DNA from: Acutalibacteraceae bacterium
GTDB taxonomy: Bacteria > Bacillota > Clostridia > Oscillospirales > Acutalibacteraceae
NCBI GenBank assembly: GCA_051881695.1
Contig: JBJEQJ010000020.1
Location: forward strand, 185,853 to 249,852
DNA: 64,000 nucleotides
Direction of reading: 5' to 3'
In this document: one piece after another, positions 35,506-44,995 of the stretch
How positions within the stretch are numbered: position 1 is the stretch's first letter
Layout of the letters: the number at the start of each line of letters is the position of its first letter
Notes under the pieces: model-generated
Databases searched by the model: none
The model's input: only the letters and a program-made list of their open reading frames with translations
Told to the model about the DNA's origin: nothing
Position numbers and translations under genes: made by a program

Positions 35506-36165
35506 ATGTATAGTAAGGTTAAACGCGGCTTCGACCTTGTTGTTTCCGTTATCGGATTAATTTGTTCCTCTCCTGTTTTGCTTATCACTGCGGCGGCAAT
35601 CAAGCTGGAATCTCCCGGTCCGGTGCTTTTTAAGCAAAAAAGAATAGGCAAAAACGGAAAGGTGTTTGACATATTAAAATTCCGTTCAATGTGCGTGGGC
35701 GCCGAAAAAACGGGAAGCGGAGTTTACTCGGGAAAAAATGATTCAAGAGTGACAAAGGTCGGCAAAATAATAAGAGCGACAAGCATTGACGAGCTTCCGC
35801 AGTTTATCAACATAATCAAGGGCGAAATGAGTCTTATCGGTCCGCGCCCGGTGCTTACATATCATCCTTGGGAATATAAGGACTATACACAGGAGCAGCT
35901 AAAGAGATTTAACGTGCGTCCCGGTGTAACAGGTCTTGCACAGGTAAACGGCAGAAAAGGAATCCCTTGGGACGAACGGTTAAAATATGATGTTGAGTAT
36001 GTTGAGAATTTATCATTTAAGGTAGATTTAAAAATTTTCTTTTTAACAATAGCAAAGGTATTTACAAATGCTGACAATGTGAATACTTCCAAAACGGCGG
36101 GCATATCTGAAACTGACGAAAAAGGTCAGGAAAATTCATTAATTAGTGAGGGGACGGCTGACTGA
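35506..36165 (+). CDS. Priming phosphoglycosyl transferase (small monotopic 'bacterial sugar transferase', PglC/WbaP C-domain type)
   Basis: 219 aa with a re-entrant N-terminal helix, then PVLFKQKRIGKNGKVFDILKFRSM and DELPQFINIIKGEMSLIGPRP. Confidence 0.9.
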   Translation: MYSKVKRGFDLVVSVIGLICSSPVLLITAAAIKLESPGPVLFKQKRIGKNGKVFDILKFRSMCVGAEKTGSGVYSGKNDSRVTKVGKIIRATSIDELPQFINIIKGEMSLIGPRPVLTYHPWEYKDYTQEQLKRFNVRPGVTGLAQVNGRKGIPWDERLKYDVEYVENLSFKVDLKIFFLTIAKVFTNADNVNTSKTAGISETDEKGQENSLISEGTAD

Positions 36166-36998
36166 TGTTAAAGCTAATGTACATAACGAATAACCCCGAA
36201 ATTGCAAAAATTGCCGAAAACAGCGGTGTAGACAGAATCTTTCTTGATTTGGAAATTATCGGCAAGGAAGAACGGCAGGGACATTTGGATACTGTTATCT
36301 CAAGGCATAATGTTGATGATATTGTGTCTTTAAAGGACTGTCTTAAAAAAAGCGAACTGCTTGTAAGGTCAAACCCGATTTATGACGGATCAAAGGAAGA
36401 AATAGACAAAATAATAGAGTATGGAGCAGATATAATTATGCTGCCGTACTTTAAAACGGTAGAAGAGGTAAAAACCTTCTTGAATATAGTAAACGGCAGG
36501 ACAAAGACCTGCCTGCTGGTTGAAACGCCCGAGGCGGTTGAGGTTATTGATGATATTTTATCTCTTGACGGAATTGACGAGGTTCATATAGGGCTTAATG
36601 ATCTGCATTTGGGCTATGGGCTTACCTTTATGTTTGAGCTTTTAAGCAACGGCACTGTAGATATGCTCTGCCGCAAATTTAAAGAAAAGGGCATACCCTA
36701 CGGCTTTGGCGGAATTGCAAGTATGGGCAAGGGTATGCTGCCGTCTGAACACGTTATTGCAGAGCATTACAGGCTTGGTTCAACCCGTGCCATACTTTCA
36801 AGAAGCTTCTGCAATACCGATAAGATTAAAGATTTAGATGAGATAAATCAGGTTTTTGTAGAAGGTATGAAAGAGATAAGAGCCTTTGAAGCTCAGATTG
36901 AAAATGCAACTGAAACCTTTTTTGCAAACAATAACAAGTCGGTTGAACAGATTATAGCCAAAATTGTCGAGGAGAAAAATAAGAACAAATCAGAATAA
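36165..36998 (+). CDS. HpcH/HpaI aldolase / citrate-lyase-beta family TIM-barrel protein
   Basis: LLVETPEAVEVIDDILSLDGIDEVHIGLNDL matches the ...iEt.eav.n.deI....gvD...iG..DL core of the family. The start overlaps the upstream stop (TGATG). Confidence 0.6.
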   Translation: MLKLMYITNNPEIAKIAENSGVDRIFLDLEIIGKEERQGHLDTVISRHNVDDIVSLKDCLKKSELLVRSNPIYDGSKEEIDKIIEYGADIIMLPYFKTVEEVKTFLNIVNGRTKTCLLVETPEAVEVIDDILSLDGIDEVHIGLNDLHLGYGLTFMFELLSNGTVDMLCRKFKEKGIPYGFGGIASMGKGMLPSEHVIAEHYRLGSTRAILSRSFCNTDKIKDLDEINQVFVEGMKEIRAFEAQIENATETFFANNNKSVEQIIAKIVEEKNKNKSE

Positions 36999-37041
36999 TA
37001 TTGCGGCGAAGAAAATAAAAAGAATCTGTCAGAGGTAATTT

Positions 37042-38016
37042 ATGGTTTTTTACATTACGTTTTTAAGAGCAATAGCCGCATGTTTTATTACGAATGCACA
37101 TTATACGGGAATATATCCTACAGATTTAATTGCAAACGGTGGATTGATAGGAGACATTCTGTTTTTTGCAGTTTCAGGCTACTGCCTTTTTAACGTTAAA
37201 GCTTCTTTTCCTCGTTGGTATGGAAAGAGGCTTTACAGAGTGTATCCGCCGGTTATCATTATAACTGTAGTGTTTATTTTAATAGGTGTATACAGCCTTG
37301 AAAGTCAGCCTTTATACTGGTGGCTGATATATCCAACATATTATCACTTTGTTGCATCAATTATTGTGCTTTATATTCCGTTCTATTTTGTGATGAGAAT
37401 TGATTGGCTCAGAAACCATATTCCTCATATTATGGCGATTATTTTAGCAGTGTGGGCAGTTGTTTATTTCTTATTTTATGATAAATCGTATTACCATATT
37501 GACAATGTCAGAGAACCGATGATCAGATTATTATTTTTTGAATCTATGCTGTTAGGCGCATGGTTTAGAAAAAACGATGCTCAACTGCGTAATAATTTCA
37601 AAATACGATATGTCATCGGTGTAATATTATCTTTTATTATTTATTTTATAAGCAAAATGATGTTTTCAAAGTATGACGGCATATCTTTATATCAATGTGT
37701 CAACCAGATAATTATTTTCATTTTGCTGTTCTTCATATTCAGAGTGTTTGCCGCCTTGGACGGAAAGCTGGAGAAGTTACCTTTATGGATTAAAAAAGTT
37801 GTATCTGTTATATCTAAATTGACCCTCGAGATATATGTTGTTCAATATGTATTAATCGCTTGGCTCAGAGATTTTGCGTTTTTCCCTGTTAACTGGATTG
37901 TTCTTACGGCGGTAATTTTTGTTTCTGCATTGGTGCTGAATAAAGTATGTTCTCTTTTTTATCTTTTGTGCGGAAAAATGTGCACAAGCATTTCAGCAAG
38001 AATAAATAAGAGTTAA
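37042..38016 (+). CDS. Acyltransferase-3 family membrane O-acyltransferase
   Basis: Polytopic, with FFAVSGYCL and KRLYRVYPP motifs. Confidence 0.8.
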   Translation: MVFYITFLRAIAACFITNAHYTGIYPTDLIANGGLIGDILFFAVSGYCLFNVKASFPRWYGKRLYRVYPPVIIITVVFILIGVYSLESQPLYWWLIYPTYYHFVASIIVLYIPFYFVMRIDWLRNHIPHIMAIILAVWAVVYFLFYDKSYYHIDNVREPMIRLLFFESMLLGAWFRKNDAQLRNNFKIRYVIGVILSFIIYFISKMMFSKYDGISLYQCVNQIIIFILLFFIFRVFAALDGKLEKLPLWIKKVVSVISKLTLEIYVVQYVLIAWLRDFAFFPVNWIVLTAVIFVSALVLNKVCSLFYLLCGKMCTSISARINKS

Positions 38017-38032
38017 TTGGAGATAAAAACTT

Positions 38033-38926
38033 ATGAATCTGTTAGTTACCGGGGCATGGAACGGCGCAAAGGATAAAATAAAGCTTTTAGAAAATAACGG
38101 ACATTGCGTTTGCTTTTTGCAATTTGAAAAGGATAAATTGCCTTGTGCATATGAATGGGTTGAGGGAATAATCGGAAACGGAGTATTCCTGTTTCATCCT
38201 ATTGAGAAATTTGTTAATTTAAAATATATTCAGTTAACCAGCGCAGGCTTTGACAGGGTTCCTATGGATTATGTAAAAGATAATAATATTGAAATACATA
38301 ATGCAAAGGGTGTTTACAGCATACCAATGGCAGAATTTGCGATTGCCGGCGTATTGCAGCTATATAAACAGATGGATTTTTTTCGTAAACAGCAGAAGAG
38401 CCGTGAATGGAATAAGCACCGCGGATTGCTTGAATTATTCGGAAAGACAGTATGTATTGTAGGCTGCGGCAATGTAGGAACCGAATGTGCAAAGAGATTC
38501 GGCGCATTTGGGTGCGATGTGGTTGGTGTTGATATACTCCCGAGAGAAGATAAAAACTACCTGAAAATGGTCGGACTTAATGAGTTTAATAAGGTTTTGC
38601 CCGAGGCGGATATATTGGTTTTAACATTACCGTTAACTGATGATACAAAGCATATTATGGATAAAGATAAGCTTGCGCTGTTAAAGAAAACCGCTGTTAT
38701 TGTAAACATTGCAAGAGGGGCAGTAATTGATACGCAGGCGTTAGCTGAAAGTGTTAAACAAATCGGCGGTGCAGTTCTTGATGTTTTTGAGGATGAACCG
38801 CTTAATAATCACAGCCCGCTATGGGGTTTTGAGAATGTTATTATAACGCCTCATAACAGTTTTGTCGGCGATAATAATCAAAAGCGTTTAGATGAAGTTA
38901 TTATGAGAAATTTAAAGGTTGAATAA
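38033..38926 (+). CDS. D-isomer-specific 2-hydroxyacid dehydrogenase (NAD-binding)
   Basis: Rossmann motif VGCGNVGTECAKRFGAFGCDVVGVD, then NIARGAVID, and catalytic-region ITPHNS. Confidence 0.8.
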   Translation: MNLLVTGAWNGAKDKIKLLENNGHCVCFLQFEKDKLPCAYEWVEGIIGNGVFLFHPIEKFVNLKYIQLTSAGFDRVPMDYVKDNNIEIHNAKGVYSIPMAEFAIAGVLQLYKQMDFFRKQQKSREWNKHRGLLELFGKTVCIVGCGNVGTECAKRFGAFGCDVVGVDILPREDKNYLKMVGLNEFNKVLPEADILVLTLPLTDDTKHIMDKDKLALLKKTAVIVNIARGAVIDTQALAESVKQIGGAVLDVFEDEPLNNHSPLWGFENVIITPHNSFVGDNNQKRLDEVIMRNLKVE

Positions 38927-38944
38927 TTACGGGGTAACAGGAAA

Positions 38945-40054
38945 ATGAAAGTACTTTTAACAGCGACTGTGCAGAGTCATATTTGTCAATTTCATAAACC
39001 GTTAGCTGAGCTGCTTCATGAGCACGGATATGAGGTTCATGTTGCGGCAAAAGATAATTTAGCAGAAAAGAACGGGCTGAAGCTGGATTTTGCAGATAAG
39101 GTTTTTGACGTGCCGTTTTCTCGTTCTCCCAAAAGTACGGATAATATTAAGGCGTACAAAAAACTTAAAAAAATTATTGAAAATGAACACTACGATGTAA
39201 TTCATTGTAATACACCTATGGGCGGTATTGTTACAAGACTTGCGGCAAAAAAAGCAAGAAAACGCGGAACAAAAGTATATTACACAGCCCATGGGTTTCA
39301 TTTTTATAAGGGAGCGCCAAAGAAAAACTGGATTGTTTTCTACCCGATTGAAAAATATTTCTCTCGCCTTACTGATAAGCTGATTGCAATCACAAATGAG
39401 GATTACAAGCTGGCAAGTGAAAAATTCCACTGTGATGTATTTCATATTCACGGTGTAGGTGCAAACTCATCAAAATTTTATGTGATGAGTGACGAAGAAA
39501 AGGACTTAATCAGAAATGAGCTAGATATACCTAAGGATATTAAGGTGATTCTCAATATTGGTGAGCTGCTGCCTAATAAAAATCAGAAAACCGCAATTGC
39601 CGCAATGGAAGCAGTAGTAAAAAAAGTTCCGAACAGCAGACTGCTTATAGCAGGCAACGGAACAGAAAAAGAAAACCTTGAAGAGTTAATCAGAGAAAAA
39701 CGCTTGGAAGAGCACGTAACAATGTTGGGCTATACTACGGAAGTTAATAAATATCTCAACATATGTGATGTGTTAGCAGCGTGCAGCTACAGAGAGGGAC
39801 TGCCGCTGAACCTGATGGAGGCTATGCTGTGCGGTAAGCCTATTGTTGCGTCAAAAAACAGAGGACACTGTGAACTTATAAACGACGGCGAGAATGGATA
39901 TTTGATAGACGCACAAGATGTACAGGCATTTGCAGATTGTATTTGCAGTGTTTTAACAGACGGAAAAGATTATGTGCATAAGGCGCTGGAAGCGGTAAAA
40001 CCATTTACTGATGTCAGTGTGCGTGAAGAATTGAAAATATTATATGAGTTGTAA
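38945..40054 (+). CDS. Glycosyltransferase family 4 (GT-B)
   Basis: 369 aa with the C-terminal EGLPLNLMEAMLCGKPIVAS E-x7-E region. Confidence 0.85.
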   Translation: MKVLLTATVQSHICQFHKPLAELLHEHGYEVHVAAKDNLAEKNGLKLDFADKVFDVPFSRSPKSTDNIKAYKKLKKIIENEHYDVIHCNTPMGGIVTRLAAKKARKRGTKVYYTAHGFHFYKGAPKKNWIVFYPIEKYFSRLTDKLIAITNEDYKLASEKFHCDVFHIHGVGANSSKFYVMSDEEKDLIRNELDIPKDIKVILNIGELLPNKNQKTAIAAMEAVVKKVPNSRLLIAGNGTEKENLEELIREKRLEEHVTMLGYTTEVNKYLNICDVLAACSYREGLPLNLMEAMLCGKPIVASKNRGHCELINDGENGYLIDAQDVQAFADCICSVLTDGKDYVHKALEAVKPFTDVSVREELKILYEL

Positions 40055-40065
40055 AGGATTTTATT

Positions 40066-41115
40066 ATGGACCCAAAAGTTAGTATTATTATTCCGGTTTA
40101 TAATGTTGAGGCATATCTTGCTAAGTGTTTAGACAGCGTCATTAATCAAACATATGAAAATCTTGAGATTATTTGCGTTAATGACGGTTCGACTGACGGC
40201 AGCTTATCTGTTTTGGAGCTTTATGCTCATAATGATACAAGGATAAAAATCGTAAACAAAAGCAACGGAGGTCTTTCCGATGCGAGAAACGAAGGGCATA
40301 AATATGTGACCGGTAAATACATTATGTATCTTGACAGTGATGATTGGATTGACTTGCATACTTGTGAATCGGCGGTAAAAAAAGCAGAGGATGAAAATGC
40401 AGATGTAGTTTTTTGGAACTATGTCAGAGAATTTGAACATTGCTCTAAACCAAAACATATTTTTGATAAAGAAGAAATTTCTTTTGAAACCCCTGAGCAG
40501 ATTTGTGCACTGCACAGACGATTTATCGGATTGTATGCTGAAGAACTAAAGCACCCTGAAAACGCAGATTCAATTGTTACAGCATGGGGTAAATTGTATA
40601 GCTCCAATATTATTTTGGATAACCGCATTGAATTTGTAGATACAAGAATAATCGGTACTGAGGACGCACTCTTTAATTTGTATGTATTTGGTTATGTAAA
40701 TAAAGCAATTTATATTAGCGATTGCTTTAACCATTACAGAAAATTAAACGAGACATCGCTTACTAAGACTTATAAGAAAGCTCTTAAAACTCAATGGGAC
40801 GCCTTGCACGAGTATATGTATAGGTATGTTAATGAGAATAATTGCAGTGAAACTTTCTCTGCTGCACTATGTAACCGGATTTGTTTGAGCATAATAGGTT
40901 TGGGAATGAACATACTCAGAGGAGATTCGTCTGTTAATAAAAGAAAGGCAGTTAAAGAAATTATTTCCGATAAGGGATATCGTACTGCGGCAAAACAGTT
41001 AACGCTAAAATATTTTCCGATACATTGGAAAGTTTTTTTCTGGCTTGCAAAACACAACTGTGCTTCAGGCGTGTATTTTACGTTAGTATGTATTAAAAAA
41101 CTGAAAGGTAGTTAA
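40066..41115 (+). CDS. Glycosyltransferase family 2
   Basis: VSIIIPVYNVEAYLAKCLDSVINQTY...VNDGSTDGS and a DSDD motif. Confidence 0.88.
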   Translation: MDPKVSIIIPVYNVEAYLAKCLDSVINQTYENLEIICVNDGSTDGSLSVLELYAHNDTRIKIVNKSNGGLSDARNEGHKYVTGKYIMYLDSDDWIDLHTCESAVKKAEDENADVVFWNYVREFEHCSKPKHIFDKEEISFETPEQICALHRRFIGLYAEELKHPENADSIVTAWGKLYSSNIILDNRIEFVDTRIIGTEDALFNLYVFGYVNKAIYISDCFNHYRKLNETSLTKTYKKALKTQWDALHEYMYRYVNENNCSETFSAALCNRICLSIIGLGMNILRGDSSVNKRKAVKEIISDKGYRTAAKQLTLKYFPIHWKVFFWLAKHNCASGVYFTLVCIKKLKGS

Positions 41116-41117
41116 CC

Positions 41118-41951
41118 GTGAATCAAGGTAAGAAAATTTCTATTATTATGGGAATTTACAATTGTTCATCTACTTTGGATGAAGCAATTAAGTCAATTTT
41201 AGAACAAACATATACAAACTGGGAGTTTATTATTTGCGATGACGGCTCCGCAGATGATTCTTACAGCATTGCAGAAAAATATAAGGATTTATATCCGGAG
41301 AAATTTGTGTTGCTGAAAAATGACCGTAATATGGGTTTGAATTATACGCTTAATCACTGTTTAAGCGCAGTGTCAGGCGATTATGTTGCCCGAATGGACG
41401 GTGATGACATTTCTTTACCAAGCCGTTTTGAAAAAGAAGCTGAGTTTTTAAATTGCCATCCGGAATATGCAATTGTCAGTACCCCGATGATTCTATTTGA
41501 TGAAACGGGAGAATGGGGACAGACATCTGTAATTGAAAAGCCTGAAATTGAAGATTTTGTATATCATACCCCGTTTTTTTGCCATGCAGCATGTATGGTC
41601 AGACGAGAAGCGTACACGTCTGTTGATGGGTATACGGTTGACCCTAAATTGTTAAGATTTGAAGACTGTAATTTGTGGTTTAAAATGTATGGAAAAGGAT
41701 ATAGAGGATATAACCTAAATGAACCGCTATATAAAATGCGTGATGACAGAGCTGCTTTTTCCAGAAGAAAGTTCTCGGCAAGAATGAGGGGGGTATATGT
41801 AAAATACACAGGCTTTAAAATTGTACATATGCCAAAGCGCTACTATTATGCACTTATTGTTGAGTTTGTTAAATGTTTAATAATTGGTATATGTCCGCCT
41901 AAAGTGTATGGTCTTATGCATAAAAAGAAGCAGGAAAGGAGAACAGATTAA
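41118..41951 (+). CDS. Glycosyltransferase family 2
   Basis: ISIIMGIYNCSSTLDEAIKSILEQTY...CDDGSADDS and DGDD. GTG start. Confidence 0.85.
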   Translation: MNQGKKISIIMGIYNCSSTLDEAIKSILEQTYTNWEFIICDDGSADDSYSIAEKYKDLYPEKFVLLKNDRNMGLNYTLNHCLSAVSGDYVARMDGDDISLPSRFEKEAEFLNCHPEYAIVSTPMILFDETGEWGQTSVIEKPEIEDFVYHTPFFCHAACMVRREAYTSVDGYTVDPKLLRFEDCNLWFKMYGKGYRGYNLNEPLYKMRDDRAAFSRRKFSARMRGVYVKYTGFKIVHMPKRYYYALIVEFVKCLIIGICPPKVYGLMHKKKQERRTD

Positions 41952-41953
41952 CA

Positions 41954-43078
41954 GTGATAGTTTACACTTCAATGTTTGTCTATATCTTCTTGATTGGATA
42001 CATAGGAAAAGCATTTATAAACAGTAAGGGCATTAAGACAAAATACCAAAACGGTGCCACAATGTTTTTGGCTATACTTGTTCTGGCTATGCCGGTGTTT
42101 TTTATTGGTATGAGAACCAATTATGTGGATACAAAAAGTTATATAGAAGGATTTGAGGCATTAGCGACTGACTGGGGGACTATTGCCGACAGTCTTTCCG
42201 ACTCTAAAGGTGCAGGCTGGATTATATATGAATGGATAATTAAGTGTTTTATTACTAAAGATGCAAATGTATTTTTGATGATAACTGCAATTATACAAGC
42301 AGGAGCGCTGTTGAAGCTTTACTATAAATATTCAATTGATTATGTATACAGTATTTTAATTTTCTTTTTATCGTGCGCTTTTGTAAATATGATGAACGGT
42401 ATACGTCAGTTTCTTGCAGTTGCGCTTATTCTTTATTTTGTAGATTGGATTTTTGAAAAAAAGTATTTAAAATTTATTCTTGTAGTGCTTGTGGCAATAT
42501 CAATTCATATGTCTGCGATTATTTGGCTGCCGGCAGTTTTTTTGGTGCAGGGAAAGCCGTGGAACAGAAAAACAGTCTTGTCAAGCATATTAATCCTGTT
42601 CGCAATTTTGTTTCTTGATAAATTCACAAATTTATTGGAAGATACGCTGTCATCTACGGCTTATTCGGGATATACCGCTCAGTTCGCATCGGACGACGGC
42701 TCCAACATTATGCATACGCTTATTGCAGCGGTACCGGTTTTAATAGCATTTATCGGCAGGCAGGCTATTGCGGACAAAAATGACTGTAAGGCGAACATAA
42801 TGGTAAATATATCTTTGCTGGGGCTGATGGTTAATTTACTTGCTAATTTTACAAGCGGTATTTTGATTGGAAGAATGCCGATATATTTTACTTTGTTTAA
42901 TTATGCATTGCTGCCGTGGCTGTTTGAAAATGTGTTCAGAGCAGAAAGCAAAAAGCTTATGCGCGTATTTTGTATTATAGGATACGGTGCGTATGCTCTG
43001 TATTATATGTTGAACTCATGGGGAAGCTTAGGTATGCCGTATATCAGCGATATTCTAGGTATAAATACTTGGAAATAA
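41954..43078 (+). CDS. EpsG-family polysaccharide polymerase (Wzy-like)
   Basis: 374 aa with about 10-11 TM segments and EpsG-like features (GMRTNYVDTKSYIEGF, NGIRQFLAVAL). Confidence 0.7.
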   Translation: MIVYTSMFVYIFLIGYIGKAFINSKGIKTKYQNGATMFLAILVLAMPVFFIGMRTNYVDTKSYIEGFEALATDWGTIADSLSDSKGAGWIIYEWIIKCFITKDANVFLMITAIIQAGALLKLYYKYSIDYVYSILIFFLSCAFVNMMNGIRQFLAVALILYFVDWIFEKKYLKFILVVLVAISIHMSAIIWLPAVFLVQGKPWNRKTVLSSILILFAILFLDKFTNLLEDTLSSTAYSGYTAQFASDDGSNIMHTLIAAVPVLIAFIGRQAIADKNDCKANIMVNISLLGLMVNLLANFTSGILIGRMPIYFTLFNYALLPWLFENVFRAESKKLMRVFCIIGYGAYALYYMLNSWGSLGMPYISDILGINTWK

Positions 43079-43093
43079 AATGAGGGGTAAAAA

Positions 43094-44201
43094 ATGGAAA
43101 AGAAAAAAGTTGCGATTATTTTGCACGGCTTAGGAGCAAATGGAATAGATACATTATTTGCAAACCTTTCTAAGCAATGGGATTACGATAATTTTGAGTT
43201 CACTTATTTTCTGGCGGTTGACGAAGATGCAAAACAGTTTTGGGAGCAAACTGTGAAGGAAAACGGTGTAAGAGTTATCCATTTACATGACCTTGATAAA
43301 AAACGAATACTTGGCTGGCCAAAGTCGCTGTTAAATGCGTTGAAAAAATATGGACCGTTTGATGCAATTCATGTAAATATGGATATGTTAAATGGGATTA
43401 ATTTGTTAATAGCGAAGTTTGCAGGGATTAAAACCAGAGTTTGTCATGCACATGTTTCTTCAAATAAAATTGCCCACGGCAGAATAAAACAAGTAATAAA
43501 GAATTTATATTTAGTGATTATGAAGCAAATGATTAGATTATTTGCAACGCAAAAGGTTGCCTGTTCAGACTTAGCCGGAAATTATTTTTACGGAGAAAAT
43601 AACTATACTTTGTTATATAACGGAATCAATTTGGAACAGTATAGGGACAAGCAAGTTGCATCTGATATATTGCCTGAGAGATAATTCATTATTGTTTGTA
43701 ACGGTAGGGCGAATGAATAAACAAAAAAATCCGTTGTTTATTGTTGATCTGATTAAAGAGATATGTGAGAGAAAGCCAAACTCAAAAATGCTTTGGGTCG
43801 GCGGTGGCGAATTGGAGAATCAAATAAAAGAAAAGGTTGATAAGTTAGGTATACAAGATAAAATTTCATTTCTGGGGATAAGAAATGATGTAAGCAGTAT
43901 TTTGCAAACGTGTGATTATTTTCTGCTTCCGTCTCTTTATGAGGGATTAAGTCTTGCGCTTGCAGAGGCTCAGGCGGCGGGATTGGATTGTTTTGTTTCC
44001 GATACAGTTTCTAGGCTTTCTGACTGCGGTAAATGTAAATTTATTTCTTTGGATAAAAGTGCGGCAGAGTGGGCAGATGAGATAATTACATATATTAACA
44101 GCGGAGAACATATGAAAACCATTGAAGCTCAAATGAATAAATTTGACATTAGGTGCATGGCTCGCTCCTTAGAGGATATGTATTCCGGCAAAAATGTATA
44201 A
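43094..44201 (+). pseudogene. GT4 glycosyltransferase split by a frameshift
   Basis: ORF 43094-43684 is a GT-B N-domain ending ...YNGINLEQYRDKQVASDILPER*. The overlapping ORF 43656-44201 supplies ...LLFVTVGRMNKQKNP...PSLYEGLSLALAEAQAAGL, the C-domain. The frames meet at GAGAGA (43676-43681). Confidence 0.75.
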
Positions 44202-44292
44202 ATAAGTATTAATCGTAATGGCTGTATCATTAAACAGATTGTTTCCCATTACAACTAAAAAGATAAATTATTAGTTAAAAGTGAGTGGCTAT

Positions 44293-44940
44293 ATGAGATT
44301 AGGTAAAATTTGGCTAAAGATTAATTTATTTAATAAATTAAGAATAAAGAAGAATAGAAAAAACCTTAAAAACAAGGATTTAACAATCATTACGTCAAAT
44401 TGTATAGGTGGACTAATTTACAACAGTTTAGGGTTGAGGTTTAATTCCCCAACAATTAATACAAGCATTTCATCAAAAGCTTTTGTTAAATTTATTTTGG
44501 ATATTGATAATTATCTGAATTTAGATCTTACTTTCATTGATACAGATAAGAATTTCCCTGTGGGAATGCTTGGAGATATAAAAATTAATTTTGTGCATTA
44601 TAAAACTGAAAAAGAATGTGCAGAAAAGTGGGAAACCAGAAAAAAACGCATGGATTTTTCAAATGCATATTACTTCCTTAATGACCGAGATGGTATTAAC
44701 GAGGATGATTTAAAAAAGCTTGATGACTGCGGAAAGAAAAATATAGTAGTGTTTACCTCAAAACCATATCCTTATAAATGCGCTTTTTATTTGCCAAGTT
44801 TTAAGAATCAACCGTGCGTCGGTAATGTGTTGAAAAAATGGTGGTTTGACGGAAGAATGGAATTTGAAAAATACTTAGATATTGTAAGTTTATTTAACGC
44901 AAGTGAGTATTCAAGTTTAGAGGAGTTTAGGATAAGATAG
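44293..44940 (+). CDS. DUF1919-family protein (exopolysaccharide-locus associated)
   Basis: TIITSNCIGGLIYNSLGLRFNSPTIN matches the SNNCwGG..y......SPt motif of DUF1919. Confidence 0.6.
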   Translation: MRLGKIWLKINLFNKLRIKKNRKNLKNKDLTIITSNCIGGLIYNSLGLRFNSPTINTSISSKAFVKFILDIDNYLNLDLTFIDTDKNFPVGMLGDIKINFVHYKTEKECAEKWETRKKRMDFSNAYYFLNDRDGINEDDLKKLDDCGKKNIVVFTSKPYPYKCAFYLPSFKNQPCVGNVLKKWWFDGRMEFEKYLDIVSLFNASEYSSLEEFRIR

Positions 44941-44995
44941 TATAGTATTATTAGTAAAATTGTTTAAACAAAGAATTATTGTTGGGAGCAATAAA

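Noticed and set aside
43656-44201. Treating 43094-43684 and 43656-44201 as two independent small glycosyltransferase genes
   Set aside because: The halves correspond exactly to the N- and C-domains of one GT-B enzyme. They overlap out of frame with no RBS for the second half. A single frameshifted gene is the simpler reading.
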